A DNA stretch of 63,980 nucleotides, the filler included, from Diploschistes diacapsis (Eukaryota), in NCBI GenBank assembly GCA_023645945.1. It is 8 parts of 8 records of this genome, joined end to end, with 100 filler letters (N's around TTAATTAATTAA, not from the genome) between each part and the next. Parts side by side here need not be neighbours in the genome. Positions count along the whole stretch, not along the records: positions 33,109 to 38,283 come from JALAIB010001591.1; positions 38,384 to 43,555 come from JALAIB010001592.1; positions 43,656 to 48,819 come from JALAIB010001593.1; positions 48,920 to 54,073 come from JALAIB010001594.1; 4 more parts are not named here. The stretch is one strand, 5' to 3'. A program made the translations under genes and the position numbers. This document shows positions 37,633-49,489 of the stretch, in pieces (positions within the stretch are counted from its first letter, which is position 1; each line of letters starts with the position of its first letter). Below the pieces are notes generated by a model. The model worked only from the letters and a program-made list of their open reading frames with translations, did no database searches and was not told the origin of the DNA.

Positions 37633-38040
37633 ATGCCACTTCATGATTGTTCGTCTCCACAGGAGGTCATAAATTTCATTGCAAAAGCTGTACAACTTGA
37701 AGACCAAACTTACCGCTTTGGATATCTTTCTCCCTCTATATACGACGTGGCATGGGTTTCTATGATCCGGAAAGAGGTTAACAATCATCACGTTTGGCTT
37801 TTTCCAGAATGCTTTGACTACATACTTCGATCTCAACTTGAAGATGGGACCTGGGAATGCTATGCTTCCCCTGATGATGGAATACTGAATACTCTCGTCT
37901 CTCTTCTTACACTCCTGGTTCATGAGAGCGCGGACAAAGTGTGAGAAGGAGCAGGGGGACATGATTAGTCATACAGAATGTATATAATCCGCTTACAGAC
38001 ATCTCTTGTAAAGAATAATACAATCCTTTTTCTCTACTAA
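37633..38040 (+). pseudogene. N-terminal fragment of a fungal bifunctional diterpene cyclase (CPS/KS type)
   Basis: FGYLSPSIYDVAWVSMIRK..WLFPECFDYILRSQLEDGTW...DGILNTLVSLLTL matches the S.YDTAW / Q..DGSW / DGILNT motifs. Stop at 37942-37944, then AT-rich repeat DNA. Confidence 0.85.
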
Positions 38041-38046
38041 TATAAC

Positions 38047-38283
38047 TGACAGGTTATGAGCCCGGCGCTCTAGCCGTACTTTGCTTTTACTTTTGCTTTT
38101 TTATTAACATACTTTTGGGTACTAGATTTCCTTTTTAAAATAATTCTCTAAAATTATTAAATATCTTCTTCTCTATACCAGCATTCTAGTTCTTTTAAAA
38201 TTAACTTTTTGTCAGTCTTCTTTAAGAATTTAAAGATAATTTATAGTTACTTTTAATAAGCCTATCGAGGACAGGATATCTGT
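38047..38283. mobile_element. AT-rich RIP-like repeat truncating the cyclase, possibly an LTR start (TGACAGG...)
   Basis: Abrupt switch to TpA-rich sequence running to the contig end. The family cannot be determined. Confidence 0.35.
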
Positions 38284-38383
38284 NNNNNNNNNNNNNNNNN
38301 NNNNNNNNNNNNNNNNNNNNNNNNNNNTTAATTAATTAANNNNNNNNNNNNNNNNNNNNNNNNNNNNNNNNNNNNNNNNNNNN

Positions 38384-38623
38384 AATATAGATTGATCCCG
38401 AATAATAACTTAAGATATTTATAAAAATAAATACGCCTTTTTTCACGAAAATAAAGTCGTGTTTATATATAATTAACTCGCTCGCCGTTTATTATAAATT
38501 TAATAAACGGTATTTTCGAAGCTCGCCGTTTACGAAAATAAACGCGATTATCGAGCGATAACGAAAACTTACTCGCCGTTTATAAGAATAAACGCGAGTA
38601 ATGAGCGCATTACGTAACCCCTG
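38384..38623. mobile_element. Terminus of a RIP-mutated hAT-like element
   Basis: Three CTCGCCGTTTA subterminal repeats (AAACGGCGAG on the other strand) and a ...TACGTAACCCCTG end (CAGGGG terminus). Confidence 0.5.
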
Positions 38624-39558
38624 GTCCCGTGACTGATTTATATATAAAGCTGGGACGTGCCAAGTCTAGTACTTGGATCGTAACATAAACGAGACCAAAC
38701 CCACCTTGATCTATACCTTGTATCTACCTTATAGAGATAGAGATCATAACAATGATAGCATTATTGTAGAAATAATAGTAGGCATTTATTGTTTATTTAC
38801 ACCGAGTTAACCGAGGGACCATTATTTTTGGACTAGTACTGTAGCTTTGTATAATAATTGGCGACTTGCTCTCAAAATGACCTGATTTGTCTATTTCCCT
38901 CGACTTGAAGAGTGATTTAGAATAGCCATTCACCTGTGCACTTGCATTCAAGTACGCAATCCTCGCACGCTGCCACTGTTGTGGGAGATGGGAAATGATC
39001 ATTACAACTATCGTATTTGAAGTTCCAGACTAAGTAGTGGCCAGTCCAACATGATAGCTGGATAGGGATGAACAGGACGCTGTCAAGCATCTCATGTGGG
39101 AGAGGAGGGGGTTATTGGAAATTTGATTGGCTCGAAGTACACCTATCCTCACCCTAACCGACAAGTGCTCAGCACTTTTGCAACTAAATCTCATGTCCCT
39201 GGAGATATCTCCAAAAACCAGCCACTCCAAAATTGAGAAAACAGAAAGAAATGATGACTGTGGGAGGTGGTCGGCCTGCATCTTCCCCGCCAGCGATTAC
39301 AAGGTAAAATACACCGGTGATAATATTGTTCCAACTTCAAGTCCTCGGTCGTCTCGGCTGGATCGAATGCGTAGAATTTCGTCAAGCTCACACTTTGAAA
39401 GGCTGCGGGCCAGGAATATGTGCAAGAAAGTCCGCGGTTGACAAAGCGTTTCATCCAACTAATCCCAAATCTAAAGGCTCGTTGCATTCGTTCGATCTCG
39501 TTGATGATGGTACAAAGAAGAAGGTCGTGATCGGAAAATGCAAAAACACACCAAGTAC

Positions 39559-41582
39559 CTATTCTTCCCTCTTCCTCTTCTTTCCGAACTTGCTGTTGTA
39601 ACTCGATGGCGCAGGGCTTGTCTCGTGCACGGAGCCAGAGCTTGATGAGCTGCTCGAGGCGTTGGCGGCAGCATGCTGAGCAGCCTCGAAGAGAACAGCT
39701 CCAAAGCCCTCGTCGTCATTACCCAGCGTCTCGTCGCCTGCGGCCATCCCGCCATCTGCTAGAACGCCCATCACGATCGCACCACTGCCATGGGTACGTG
39801 CGTGTTGAGCGAGATTGTCGCTTCTGGAAAACTTCTTCCCACAGTCGGTGCACTCGAACGGCTTGTCTCCAGTGTGAAGAGAGCGGTAGTGACGCTTTAG
39901 GTGTTCTTGACGTCGGAAGCGGCGCGTGCAGAGATGGCAGACAAATGTCTTGGACGGATCGTCGGTAAGGGACTGCTTGCGACCGCGACGAGCGATAGGC
40001 TGCTGCTGAGAAAGGGCTGATGAAACCTCCTCCATGTCTTCGGCATTCATGGGTGTCGTGGGTGTCTCCGCTTGTTGCTCAGTCTTTGGAAGCTTAGTAT
40101 CAGACGCACTTTCCGACCGGGTCGTGTCCGGAAACGACTTAATAGGAGCTGGCGATTCGGCTTCTGAAACGGTGGAAATTTCGCGAGACTTCTTCGTCGT
40201 CCGCTTAGGCGAGGGCGACTTCGTTTTGGGCTTGTGAGCCGAAGCATCAGTCGGCGGCTTGGGCATCAACTCGCCGTCCATTGCTTCTTGCGACTCCTGT
40301 GATGCAGCAGCCTGGTCGACGTCGTCCAGTTCCTGAAAGCGGTCTTCGTCAAGAAAGCTTTCTTCTGAAAATGAAATCAAGTCAAGACATTGGCGCTTGC
40401 TTCCAAGATAGGCTGTGTTATCGGGCGAAAGCCTTGTAAGGTCGGTGACGAACTCCGACTCCGTGTCAAGATTCGAAAAGCTCTCGAATTTCGGAAGGCC
40501 GTGCAAGGTAATCTGACCAAGGGGATCGATGTTGTTGGTGAGTTGTACGGACTTGCTCAAGGACGGTTGCGCGCCCAGTAAGAAATTATGTTCCTCCTCA
40601 TTACCAGAGAAAAAAACTGGAAGTGTTGGAATTTCCAAGTGCGAATGAGGTGAAAGAGAGTTTGGTGAATCGACAAGTATGTCGCGTGGATCGCAGAAGT
40701 CGAAGTCGGAATCCGAAGTTACTGATCGTGGAATAGGAGAAGGGGAAGGAGAAAGCGAAGGACAGGAGACGGAAAGGAGGTCTGAGCCTTGGCTGGCCGT
40801 AACCGAAGGGGGGTGAATAAACACTAAAAAAAAACCCGCCAATTCACGTTAGCCGGGGGGTTTCCTCACTAGGCTGCTAAACTACAAATTTTGCGACAAA
40901 TTTGACGCCCAGGGTCGCCCAAACCTAAATGTGCAACTAAAGAGTTGTGCTTCGGGTTTCCATTGCAACAGACATCGAATCTGATGGTCTGCAACATGAA
41001 TTCCTTTGGAAAAAACTTACCTGGTGTCAAAGGGGGCGATCCAGCTCGTGCCCAATCCTCGCCAGCAAGGATTTCGTACTTGACCTCCCCTTCACAGCCC
41101 TGCTTCACACCTTCGATGTTTTCACCAAAGAAAACTGCGTTGGTAGGTGTGGGAAGGATTGCAGAGTGCATTGGCGGGCTGCTGATGGCACTCCCCGATA
41201 CGGACAGTGGTGGAGTTGCCGGATACACGTAGCCGTCGTTTTCGAAGCATTGTGTGTCCACTGCTAGCGGTCGTCCTTCGGCAAAAATGGTTGCAGGCTT
41301 GTGGTATATTGGTCGAGGAGAGATGATGGGGACAATGCTTGGTTGCATGTGTAATGCGGAAGGCATCAGTGTTTGTGAGCCGGCCGACAATGGCCTCTCG
41401 TTCAGCAGGGTCTGAGAAGCAAGAGCCTCTTGCCCGCACGTCTGTTGCCGTAGATGCTGCATATGGAGAGAAGGTAGAACTGTGCCGGGGTGTGGGGTGA
41501 AGAGAGCATGTTGTCGACTCTCTGCACTCATTTCTGGGTTGTAGCAGAAGAACGATGGCTGTGCCATGATTGGGGCGCTCAT
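39559..41582 (-). CDS. seb1: Msn2-like stress-response C2H2 transcription factor (Seb1/SebA/MsnA); exons 41582-41021, 40823-39559
   Basis: [67 protein letters not shown], plus [12 protein letters not shown] and SPPLTP|VFIHP. Intron 41020-40824. Confidence 0.93.
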
Positions 41583-44449
41583 TGTGTATTGCGGAATATA
41601 AAGTCTGTCGATTGGAATGTCAGAGAATGCTCCCACAACACAGATTGCAGAGGTATTCCAAACAAACCCTTTTGGTCTTCAAGGACTTGTCGGTTTGTAA
41701 ATTTTCAAGATTATTAGGTTGATATAGTTGTTACACCCCAGGCATTCGCTCGAGGGAAAGACAAGAGAGATGTCGAAGGAGTGGCAGGCGATAGATGACA
41801 GGTTCTATGCACCAACGGTATGATACAGGATACTATGCTTGTTCGTCTGATGACGGCAAGGCCTCCAGTTATGGATCGATCAAAAGCCGAGGAATTAGTC
41901 GTTTGGTAAGTGAGACGATAGGAGAGTAGAAAAGGAATGGCTGGAAGTAATCCGATGGGGTATTCTGTTAAGAACACAACACGATCAAATAAACATCCCA
42001 AGAAGAGGGCAAAAAGAAAAGAGATTAAAAAAAGTGACTACTACAACGGACAACGACGACAACAACAACGTCGACGAGGTCACGATAAGTCGATAAGGAA
42101 ATTCAAGAGAACGGGACGAGACGGATTCTGTCTACTGATATAATACGGCAAGGCATGCGCTGGAGAGGCAAGTAAGTAAGTAAGTAAGCAAGCAAGCCTT
42201 TCCAAAAGTAGGAAGGACAGTGCCACCAAAGATTTGGCACACACACCAAGAAAAAGCGAGGACCAGAGGAAATTGAGCATTTAGTAGGTATTAGTAGGTA
42301 TTACTAGGTATCGAATATCTATCGATTTGCATTATTGCATTAATTCTTGGTCCAGTCCGAGTTCTGCTATGAAATTTGTGAGCTAAAAGTTAGCCAAGGG
42401 CCTGTCTCTCTTTCAAACTTTTGTTTCCGCTTTGCTTTGATTTGCTTTGCTTTGATCAGTCTCACCCCAAATTACTCTCACTAATAATAACCTCATCGGT
42501 TACCACACCTTGTGCGAGGTGGTAGTGTTGGGTGGACGAGACATCTTTGGTGGGTGGGTGTAGAAGAGCAAAGCGATGCCAGTCAGTGCCCAGTCAGTGC
42601 CAGTGCCAGTGCCAGTGCCAAGTGCCCAACTACTAGTAACTAGTAAATTACTAGGTACAAGTGAGGGTGCAGCGGTGCCGCTAACAGTCACCGGGACTAG
42701 CATCCATCGTTCCAGCGAGTTGTATCATCACGCCCCAGCCGGGCTTCCCTAAATAAAGTGCACTGATTGAACGCTCGCACGGCACTCACTCGAGCCACAC
42801 TAAAACAGGCCACTAGTCCACTAGTCTACTAGTCCACTAGTCCAACTAATCCGACTAAGCCCCACATACACATACTCATTCCAACAGCCACCGTGACCCT
42901 TCAAAGAATCAACCCAACGGTCCCAATAATCAAGCATGAATCCTCGTCACTTCTCTACCTAGCCTAAAGGAAGTTGCCGATGGAACTGCTATCCACGAAA
43001 ACCCACCGGGTCCCCCCCCCCAGAAGGAATTGCCTCAAACGTATCCAAGATACACACCAAATTGTCAACTCTGGAGAAAACATCCCCGGTTGCAACACAA
43101 TAGTAAGTTGTAGTAGTTGTCTGATTATTGATCGCCATCACTAGAGTTCTTGTCTAGCAAAGGGCCCCCCCATCTCCGCCCTAACGGCGTCTCGTGTCTC
43201 GAATCCTTACCTGGGTGGGTGCTGCTGCACTGCTGCTTAATCGTAGATTCGTAACAAACCTTGATGGAGCCAGCATGCATCCAGGGTCGACACGACGCAG
43301 GCTAGAGCCGCTCTAGTTCCAGTTGCACGGGAAAAGGGCTGGCGAGTACGGGAGTCAGTGTGCAAAAGCAGCAAGGCTCTGCATTAAATTGCACAAATCA
43401 TCGCGGTGCACAAAAGTGAAAACAAAAGAGCATGGTCAAAGCAACCAGTAAAAGAGAAATGGGCCGAGGCCGGGAAATTGTGACCAGCGTTATCATCCCC
43501 ACCCTTCGTCACTCGCATTATTACTACTACTACTACTACTGCTACTACTACTACTNNNNNNNNNNNNNNNNNNNNNNNNNNNNNNNNNNNNNNNNNNNNT
43601 TAATTAATTAANNNNNNNNNNNNNNNNNNNNNNNNNNNNNNNNNNNNNNNNNNNNAATGAATACTCAATATATATTGAACGGTTATTAAATTTTAGAACA
43701 AGAATAATATTATAATAATAATCGCCTTTATAATAATAAATAAACGCGTCATATGGCGGTTTAAAGCTTTTTCCTTTCATATATTAGGTTATAAAATAAG
43801 AAATATTAAGTTTTTAGACAATATTCTTGAAAATATTGTCGTTGTAATGAGCGCCGAGAAGTTTAAAACGCTCGAACGGCTTTAAACAGCGTTGGAGAAA
43901 TATAATTATAACAAGAATTAATTATTTATTTATTACCGCTTATGGTAGATTTAATTATTTTTAATTTAATTAATTGATTAATTCCGACGTAACGTCGAAC
44001 CTTACATTTCAGAATAAATGAAACCGGACGCAAGATTACGTCGGAAAAGATAAAAAAAAAAAAAGAACGCGATAATAACGGCGTTAAAAAGATAAAACGA
44101 GATATTAACGTTAGAAGGAAGGAAGTATAAGTAGAAGAAACGGCGTAGAACGACGTGGTCTATAAATTATTAATCTGGTTCAGCAGAATAGCCTAAGAAC
44201 GGTAGAATTTGTCCGTATAGATAGAATGCGTTTTATGGATCTTTTAACTATTTATTCTATATTAATAATCATGAATATTATTAAGTTTATTAAAGGGTTA
44301 AATGGGTTAACGATATCTATCAAAATCTTTAAACTCATTTTTAATAGACACCCCCGCTAATCCAAAAAAGGCTAGGCTTGCCTAATAATATAAATACGAC
44401 AGCTTTTAATTTTTTATTTATATTTATTATTATTTTAAACAATCTAAGA

Positions 44450-47400
44450 TCTCTATCGTATTTTAAATCTTAAGCTCTTAAACAGCCATAAAAGAACAAA
44501 TAAACTCTATATAAAATACCGAAACGAGTAACTGACGTAAAAACAGCGCGTACTTATTTTTTATACTCTCGAAAAGGTCCTTTAGGAGGAGCGAACCGTT
44601 CTTTACGAATAGATCTCAAACTGGTTCAACCTTCATTTATAAACAACAGATATAAAAGCTTTAAACATTCCAAAATAGAAGGATATTACGTAAAACATCA
44701 CTCCTCCTTAAACCCTAACTGGCCCTATACGATACTTTATAGAAATATTAGAACCCAACGTTAGTTTATTATTGATATTAATAAACGGCGTTTATAAAAA
44801 TCTGTAAAGCCTTATAGATTGTAATATTACGTTTATTGAAAGCGGTATTAATTGTTTTATAATCGATTTACATCTTTAATATACTCCGCGCACGCCGCTA
44901 TATAAAGGGATATTATAGATCTAACAGTTTTTCATGCTATTTAGAGGCATTTTGAAGTTTAATTATCTTTAGGGCTCGCTAGCAAACCTCGCGGAAGTTA
45001 AACGTAGCTTCAATATATCTAATATGAAATCGCGGTTATTTTACGGTCTATACGAGGACTTAGAATAAGAATTCGAGGCGTTCCTAATAACGCTCGGAAA
45101 TAGCGAAATCAGCTAAAAATATCTTATTATAATAAGTTATTACGAGAAGATTCGATTAAATTTTAGGTTATCGTATCTCGATCTATCTCTTAAGAACCGT
45201 CTTTTAAAGGTAAGAAATCATATTTTTAGAATTATTTCGGGGTATTTTTATATAGCGACCGGTTCGATAGTGATAAAGATATATAAAAAGGATCACGAAT
45301 TGGATTCTAGAAACGTGAACCTAAAAGGTTGCGATAAGTTTTGGTTAATTATTAGTCCGTATTCTTTTATATCGTTTAAAGGATTTCTTATTTAGTATTT
45401 CTATTTTAAACCGCATTATTCTTAATTCGTACGTTATTTAAAAATTATTTGTTTTTCGTTTTTATTGCGACGATATAGTATAATCTTTAGAATTATTCGT
45501 TAACGGTCCGGTAAAGTCGTGAAGATATTATCGAAAGTATACTATGTCGTAATTAATATAAGAATATGTTTTATTAAAGTAAGCAATTATATTTCCGATG
45601 AATAAAATTTTTCGTCCTTTTACCGATTTTGCGATCGAAGATGTTCTAGTTTAACTTCGATTAAAGTTTACGACTTTAAATTAATCGGCGAATCAAGGAA
45701 TCTTGAAATTAACGACGGATAAAAATTAGATATTATGCCGTCAAGTTTAAGAAGCCGTATTTACGGGAACGAAAGTAAGAACGATTTTATTCGATAGTTT
45801 AAACGAAAACGTAAATTAAATTCTGAAATAAAGGAATCTAGAAATAAGAAAAACGCCCTTCGTCCTCGCAGAAATAAAGTATCGGTATTTAAGGTTCGAA
45901 CGAAAAGAGTTTCGCCCATCTTAACTGAACTCGATATTCAAACTGCAGGAAAGGAGATTGAAAATATATCTAAAAATAGCGAAGCTCGAGTTATCGGATT
46001 TGAAAAGGAAGATATAAACGAAATAGGAAACGGCTAACTTAAGAAAAAAGGTAAAAAACTTCGGTTCTAAGACGAAGTTAAGAAAGCCGGGTTCTAAATC
46101 GAAAGCGATAAAGATAAGACGGAAAACGAGTCGAAAGAAAACGGAATTAAAAAGAAAGTCGAGAAGATTGAATCTAGAATTGAAGTTAAGGACGAATTAA
46201 AAAATAATATTAAAAAATTTAGCATTAAATAAGATTAAATTGATAGAAATAGAACCGAAAGATTTAAAATTAAATAAATTAAACATAAAGATAACGTAAT
46301 TAAAAAAGATGATTCTATCAGCGAAATTAATAAAAAAAAAAATAAAATGTTTAAATATAATATCGTTTCTTTTTCGTCTGGCTCGGAATTACAAGATAAT
46401 ATTATCGGCTCGTCGACGCCGGAACAATTCGGTTATTCTTAACGCAATAGAAAATTCCCGTTGTTAACGATAACGAAACTGCCACCACCCGTTATTATTA
46501 AAAATGAAGCAGCTAGCAATTCAGACAGCGAAAAGAAAAAAGATCTAAAGATAGGCTATTTTTCATCAAAATTTAGTTAAAAGGACATTAAGGGCAACAC
46601 GTATCAACCAAAGTTATTAGATTGTTTTCAGCCTGAACATGATGTTCGAGACGATCTCATGCTTTATATTCAATAATACTTAATTAATGAAAATTAAAAA
46701 TTTAATATCTTTATATAGATCTCGAGTCGGGTAAAGATCTGTAAGATTCTTAATCGTTTTTTATCCTAATATCCGATTAAGAAATCCTGGCTCGATGATT
46801 ATATTATATTTATAATCTTGAATCGTATCTTCGGCGATTATACCGATATTTACGTTATTGATCCGATCCGAGTTTTAAAGGTTTACGAATATAAGGATTT
46901 TAAATCCTTAATCTGCGATCTGGGCGCTCGTCTTATTATTATTCCTTGTTGCGTTTTTTATTATTGGTTTCTTCTCGTTTCGGTTAAGGAAACTAAAATA
47001 TTGTTTATCTTCGATAACGAATTTACGAAAAGATCGTAAAAGGATTCGGTATAATAATTTCTAATAAAAGGTCTAAACGAGCGCGTTCGGAAAACAATAT
47101 ATTAAAAGGTTTATTATTAGGTTACTTTAACTAAATCCGGGTTAACTAAGATAGGTTCCCGAAATGGGCGATGGCTGGAATTACGGAATGTTTGTTTTAG
47201 CTTATGTAGAAACGTATCTACGTATCGCGTCTGTTTCCACGTCGTTCGATTTATTATAATTCCGTTTACGCTATTTTAGGCTTCTTACAGATCCTATAAT
47301 CTTATTTAAAAATGATTCGTTTAATAATTAGCGACGTAGCGACAAACGGCAACGTACGGAGCAGGGGTTATTTTTTAAACGCCTGCGAATTTCTGTCTAG

Positions 47401-47890
47401 ATTCTTAATGGCCACGGAAGGAAAGAAAGGATCGAAATCGACGAGGGAAAATTAAGCGCATTCGGTGAAGCCTGGGAGAAATTTTATTAAGATCGATTTA
47501 AATAGTATAAACCAGAAGACGTTTATCGGGGCCTTGTTATAGCTTCGATACCTGCTTGCGGCCTTATAATGGCTCAACTTGTAAAGCTTTTAAACGGTTA
47601 TTTTGTCGATTAAATATTTTCGGAATGTTTAATATCAATTTAGTTCTTTATAAAAGGAGCTACGTCTTCGGCATACGGAAAATTCCTATAAAGAATATTT
47701 GATATCGAAATATATAGGGACTTCCGCCGATTAAAATAAATAAAAAATGAAGAACTGAAAATGGCCTATCGCGCACGTAAAGTAAAGAGGAAATCGTGGA
47801 AAAGTATTAAAATTAAATCGCACCGGACGGCAACCGTATATATTATTAATAAATTTTTCCGTAAATACATGCAAGTGAACCCGAGGTAAG
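44450..47890 (+). pseudogene. RIP-inactivated gene encoding a KDM4-like JmjC domain (~45190-45645) fused to a Ulp1/C48 peptidase domain (~46785-47280)
   Basis: One frame from ~44520 to 47108 with only TAA/TAG stops. JmjC relic: IYKKDHELDSRNVNLKGCDKFWLIISP...YS*FVRYL...R*RSGKVVKILSKVYYVVINIRICFIKVSNY. Ulp1 relic: WLDDYII...IIIPCCVFYYWFLLV...FIFD, then after a probable intron (47109-47154) DGWNYGMFVLAYVE. Both gene ends are approximate. Confidence 0.8.
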
Positions 47891-47999
47891 AAGGCGTTGA
47901 ATAAGAAAGAACATCTGAAGGTAATAAAACTATTATTTAAAACGTTAAAAAAAAAGGCGAAGCGATATACCGGGTTAATAATTTACTACGGTTAAAACC

Positions 48000-48700
48000 T
48001 ACCCAAGGATTAGATTGCGTATGCTTATAATATCTTTTATTTTTATAAAAGATGCAATTTTTTTTAAACGAAAAGATTTATATCGGATGCGATAAGTATG
48101 TTTTTTTATCTTATATCAATTGATTTATCTGATGGTTCGATAGTTTTCTGAATTTTAAACCGCCGTTAAAAGATATCGTGAAACTTGTATTATACGAACT
48201 ACGGCCTCGGTTAAAATATTTGTCTTCTTCGGTTTCGATAATCAGCTAAATCCTTTATCAAAACAATAAGAACAGCAAAATTAATAATACGAATATTTAA
48301 TTGTAGTAGAAATTTCCGATAGAATTCATTAAAGAACTTTTAGATTTTTTTATATTTCTATCTTCTTTTGATATTAACACGAGTATTTGTCTTAAATGAT
48401 AGAAATGTTCGGCCGATTGTTATAAGATACGTAATTATTGAATCATCTATATCTCGAGCATTTCGTTTATCGTTCGATTTAGCAACGACCGTTATCTCTA
48501 TTGGTTCGGCTTGGCGTCAAGCTTTTGTCCGGTTAAATAACGGCGAAGGATTTGGCGAACTGCGTAAAGCAGCTTCGGGTTCGATCGAGATACTATTTTA
48601 TCTAATCGTAGGCCAATATTGAAAAGATTCTGGATTGTATCTAGGCACATCTTCTCGCTTCTTAAGGCCAGACTACAATAATTTAGAAAATTATTTGTAA
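48000..48700 (-). pseudogene. Second RIP-inactivated ORF relic, convergent with the JmjC-Ulp1 gene, family unknown
   Basis: The minus frame reads NLFNIGLRLDKIVSRSNPKLLYAVRQILRRYLTGQKLDAKPNQ*R*RSLLNRTINEMLEI*MIQ*LRIL, with TAA/TAG at plausible Gln positions. Confidence 0.45.
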
Positions 48701-49489
48701 GATGTGTTTCAGGTTTATTTTTAGTAATTTATATCTTTTATAACGATTCTTATTCAATCAATTAAATGCCTATATTTAATATATATAATAATATAAAAAA
48801 GACGTTATACTCGAATAATNNNNNNNNNNNNNNNNNNNNNNNNNNNNNNNNNNNNNNNNNNNNTTAATTAATTAANNNNNNNNNNNNNNNNNNNNNNNNN
48901 NNNNNNNNNNNNNNNNNNNGGGGAGATGAGGATGGAGGGGGTGGGCGATGGGAGAGACGAGAAACGGCAAGGAAAAAGAATAGAAATTGGACAAAATCAA
49001 AAAGGAGATGCGAATAGAGCTCTGAGGCAAGCTCGACTATTGTGATGCAATAGGGGACAGCGAGCAAAAATCTGTCTAGTTGGCCGGGCCAAGGTCACGT
49101 TAAACGAGCAGTATTGGGTTGCAACGTGCACATCAACTTTGAAAATCACCAGCATCGCAAACCGCTTCAGGTATCTCAAAACCGACAACCGATTATTCCG
49201 ATGCTAGAAAAGTGCAACCCGGATAGTATGCCTCCTAAATACAAGACTACGCCGCAGAGCAACCGCCACCGCATCGAGTGGAGCGCAGCATCTCGCCAGT
49301 TTCATAAAGGAACAATATCCAGACGGCTAACCAGATAATCCCACAAACGAAGTTATGCTGATCAAGAATCCATACCCCTTAAATCCCCCGTCAGCCCCCA
49401 AAGTAAAGACCGGTGCTCAAGAGTCAGATGCTGCTCCTTTGTACGCCATGCAAAGTCGTGAAGCCATACAAAAGCAATCGTTCAGAGTT

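Noticed and set aside
33109..43555. Seb1 transcription factor as regulator of the adjacent diterpene cluster
   Set aside because: They are on different contigs joined by an artificial linker, and Seb1 is a general stress regulator.
43656..48819. Mitochondrial or contaminant AT-rich DNA, or an alternative genetic code with TAA/TAG = Gln
   Set aside because: Catalytic His/Cys/Glu codons are also altered by C>T or G>A, and paired repeats elsewhere in the window show the same transition bias. RIP explains this; recoding does not.
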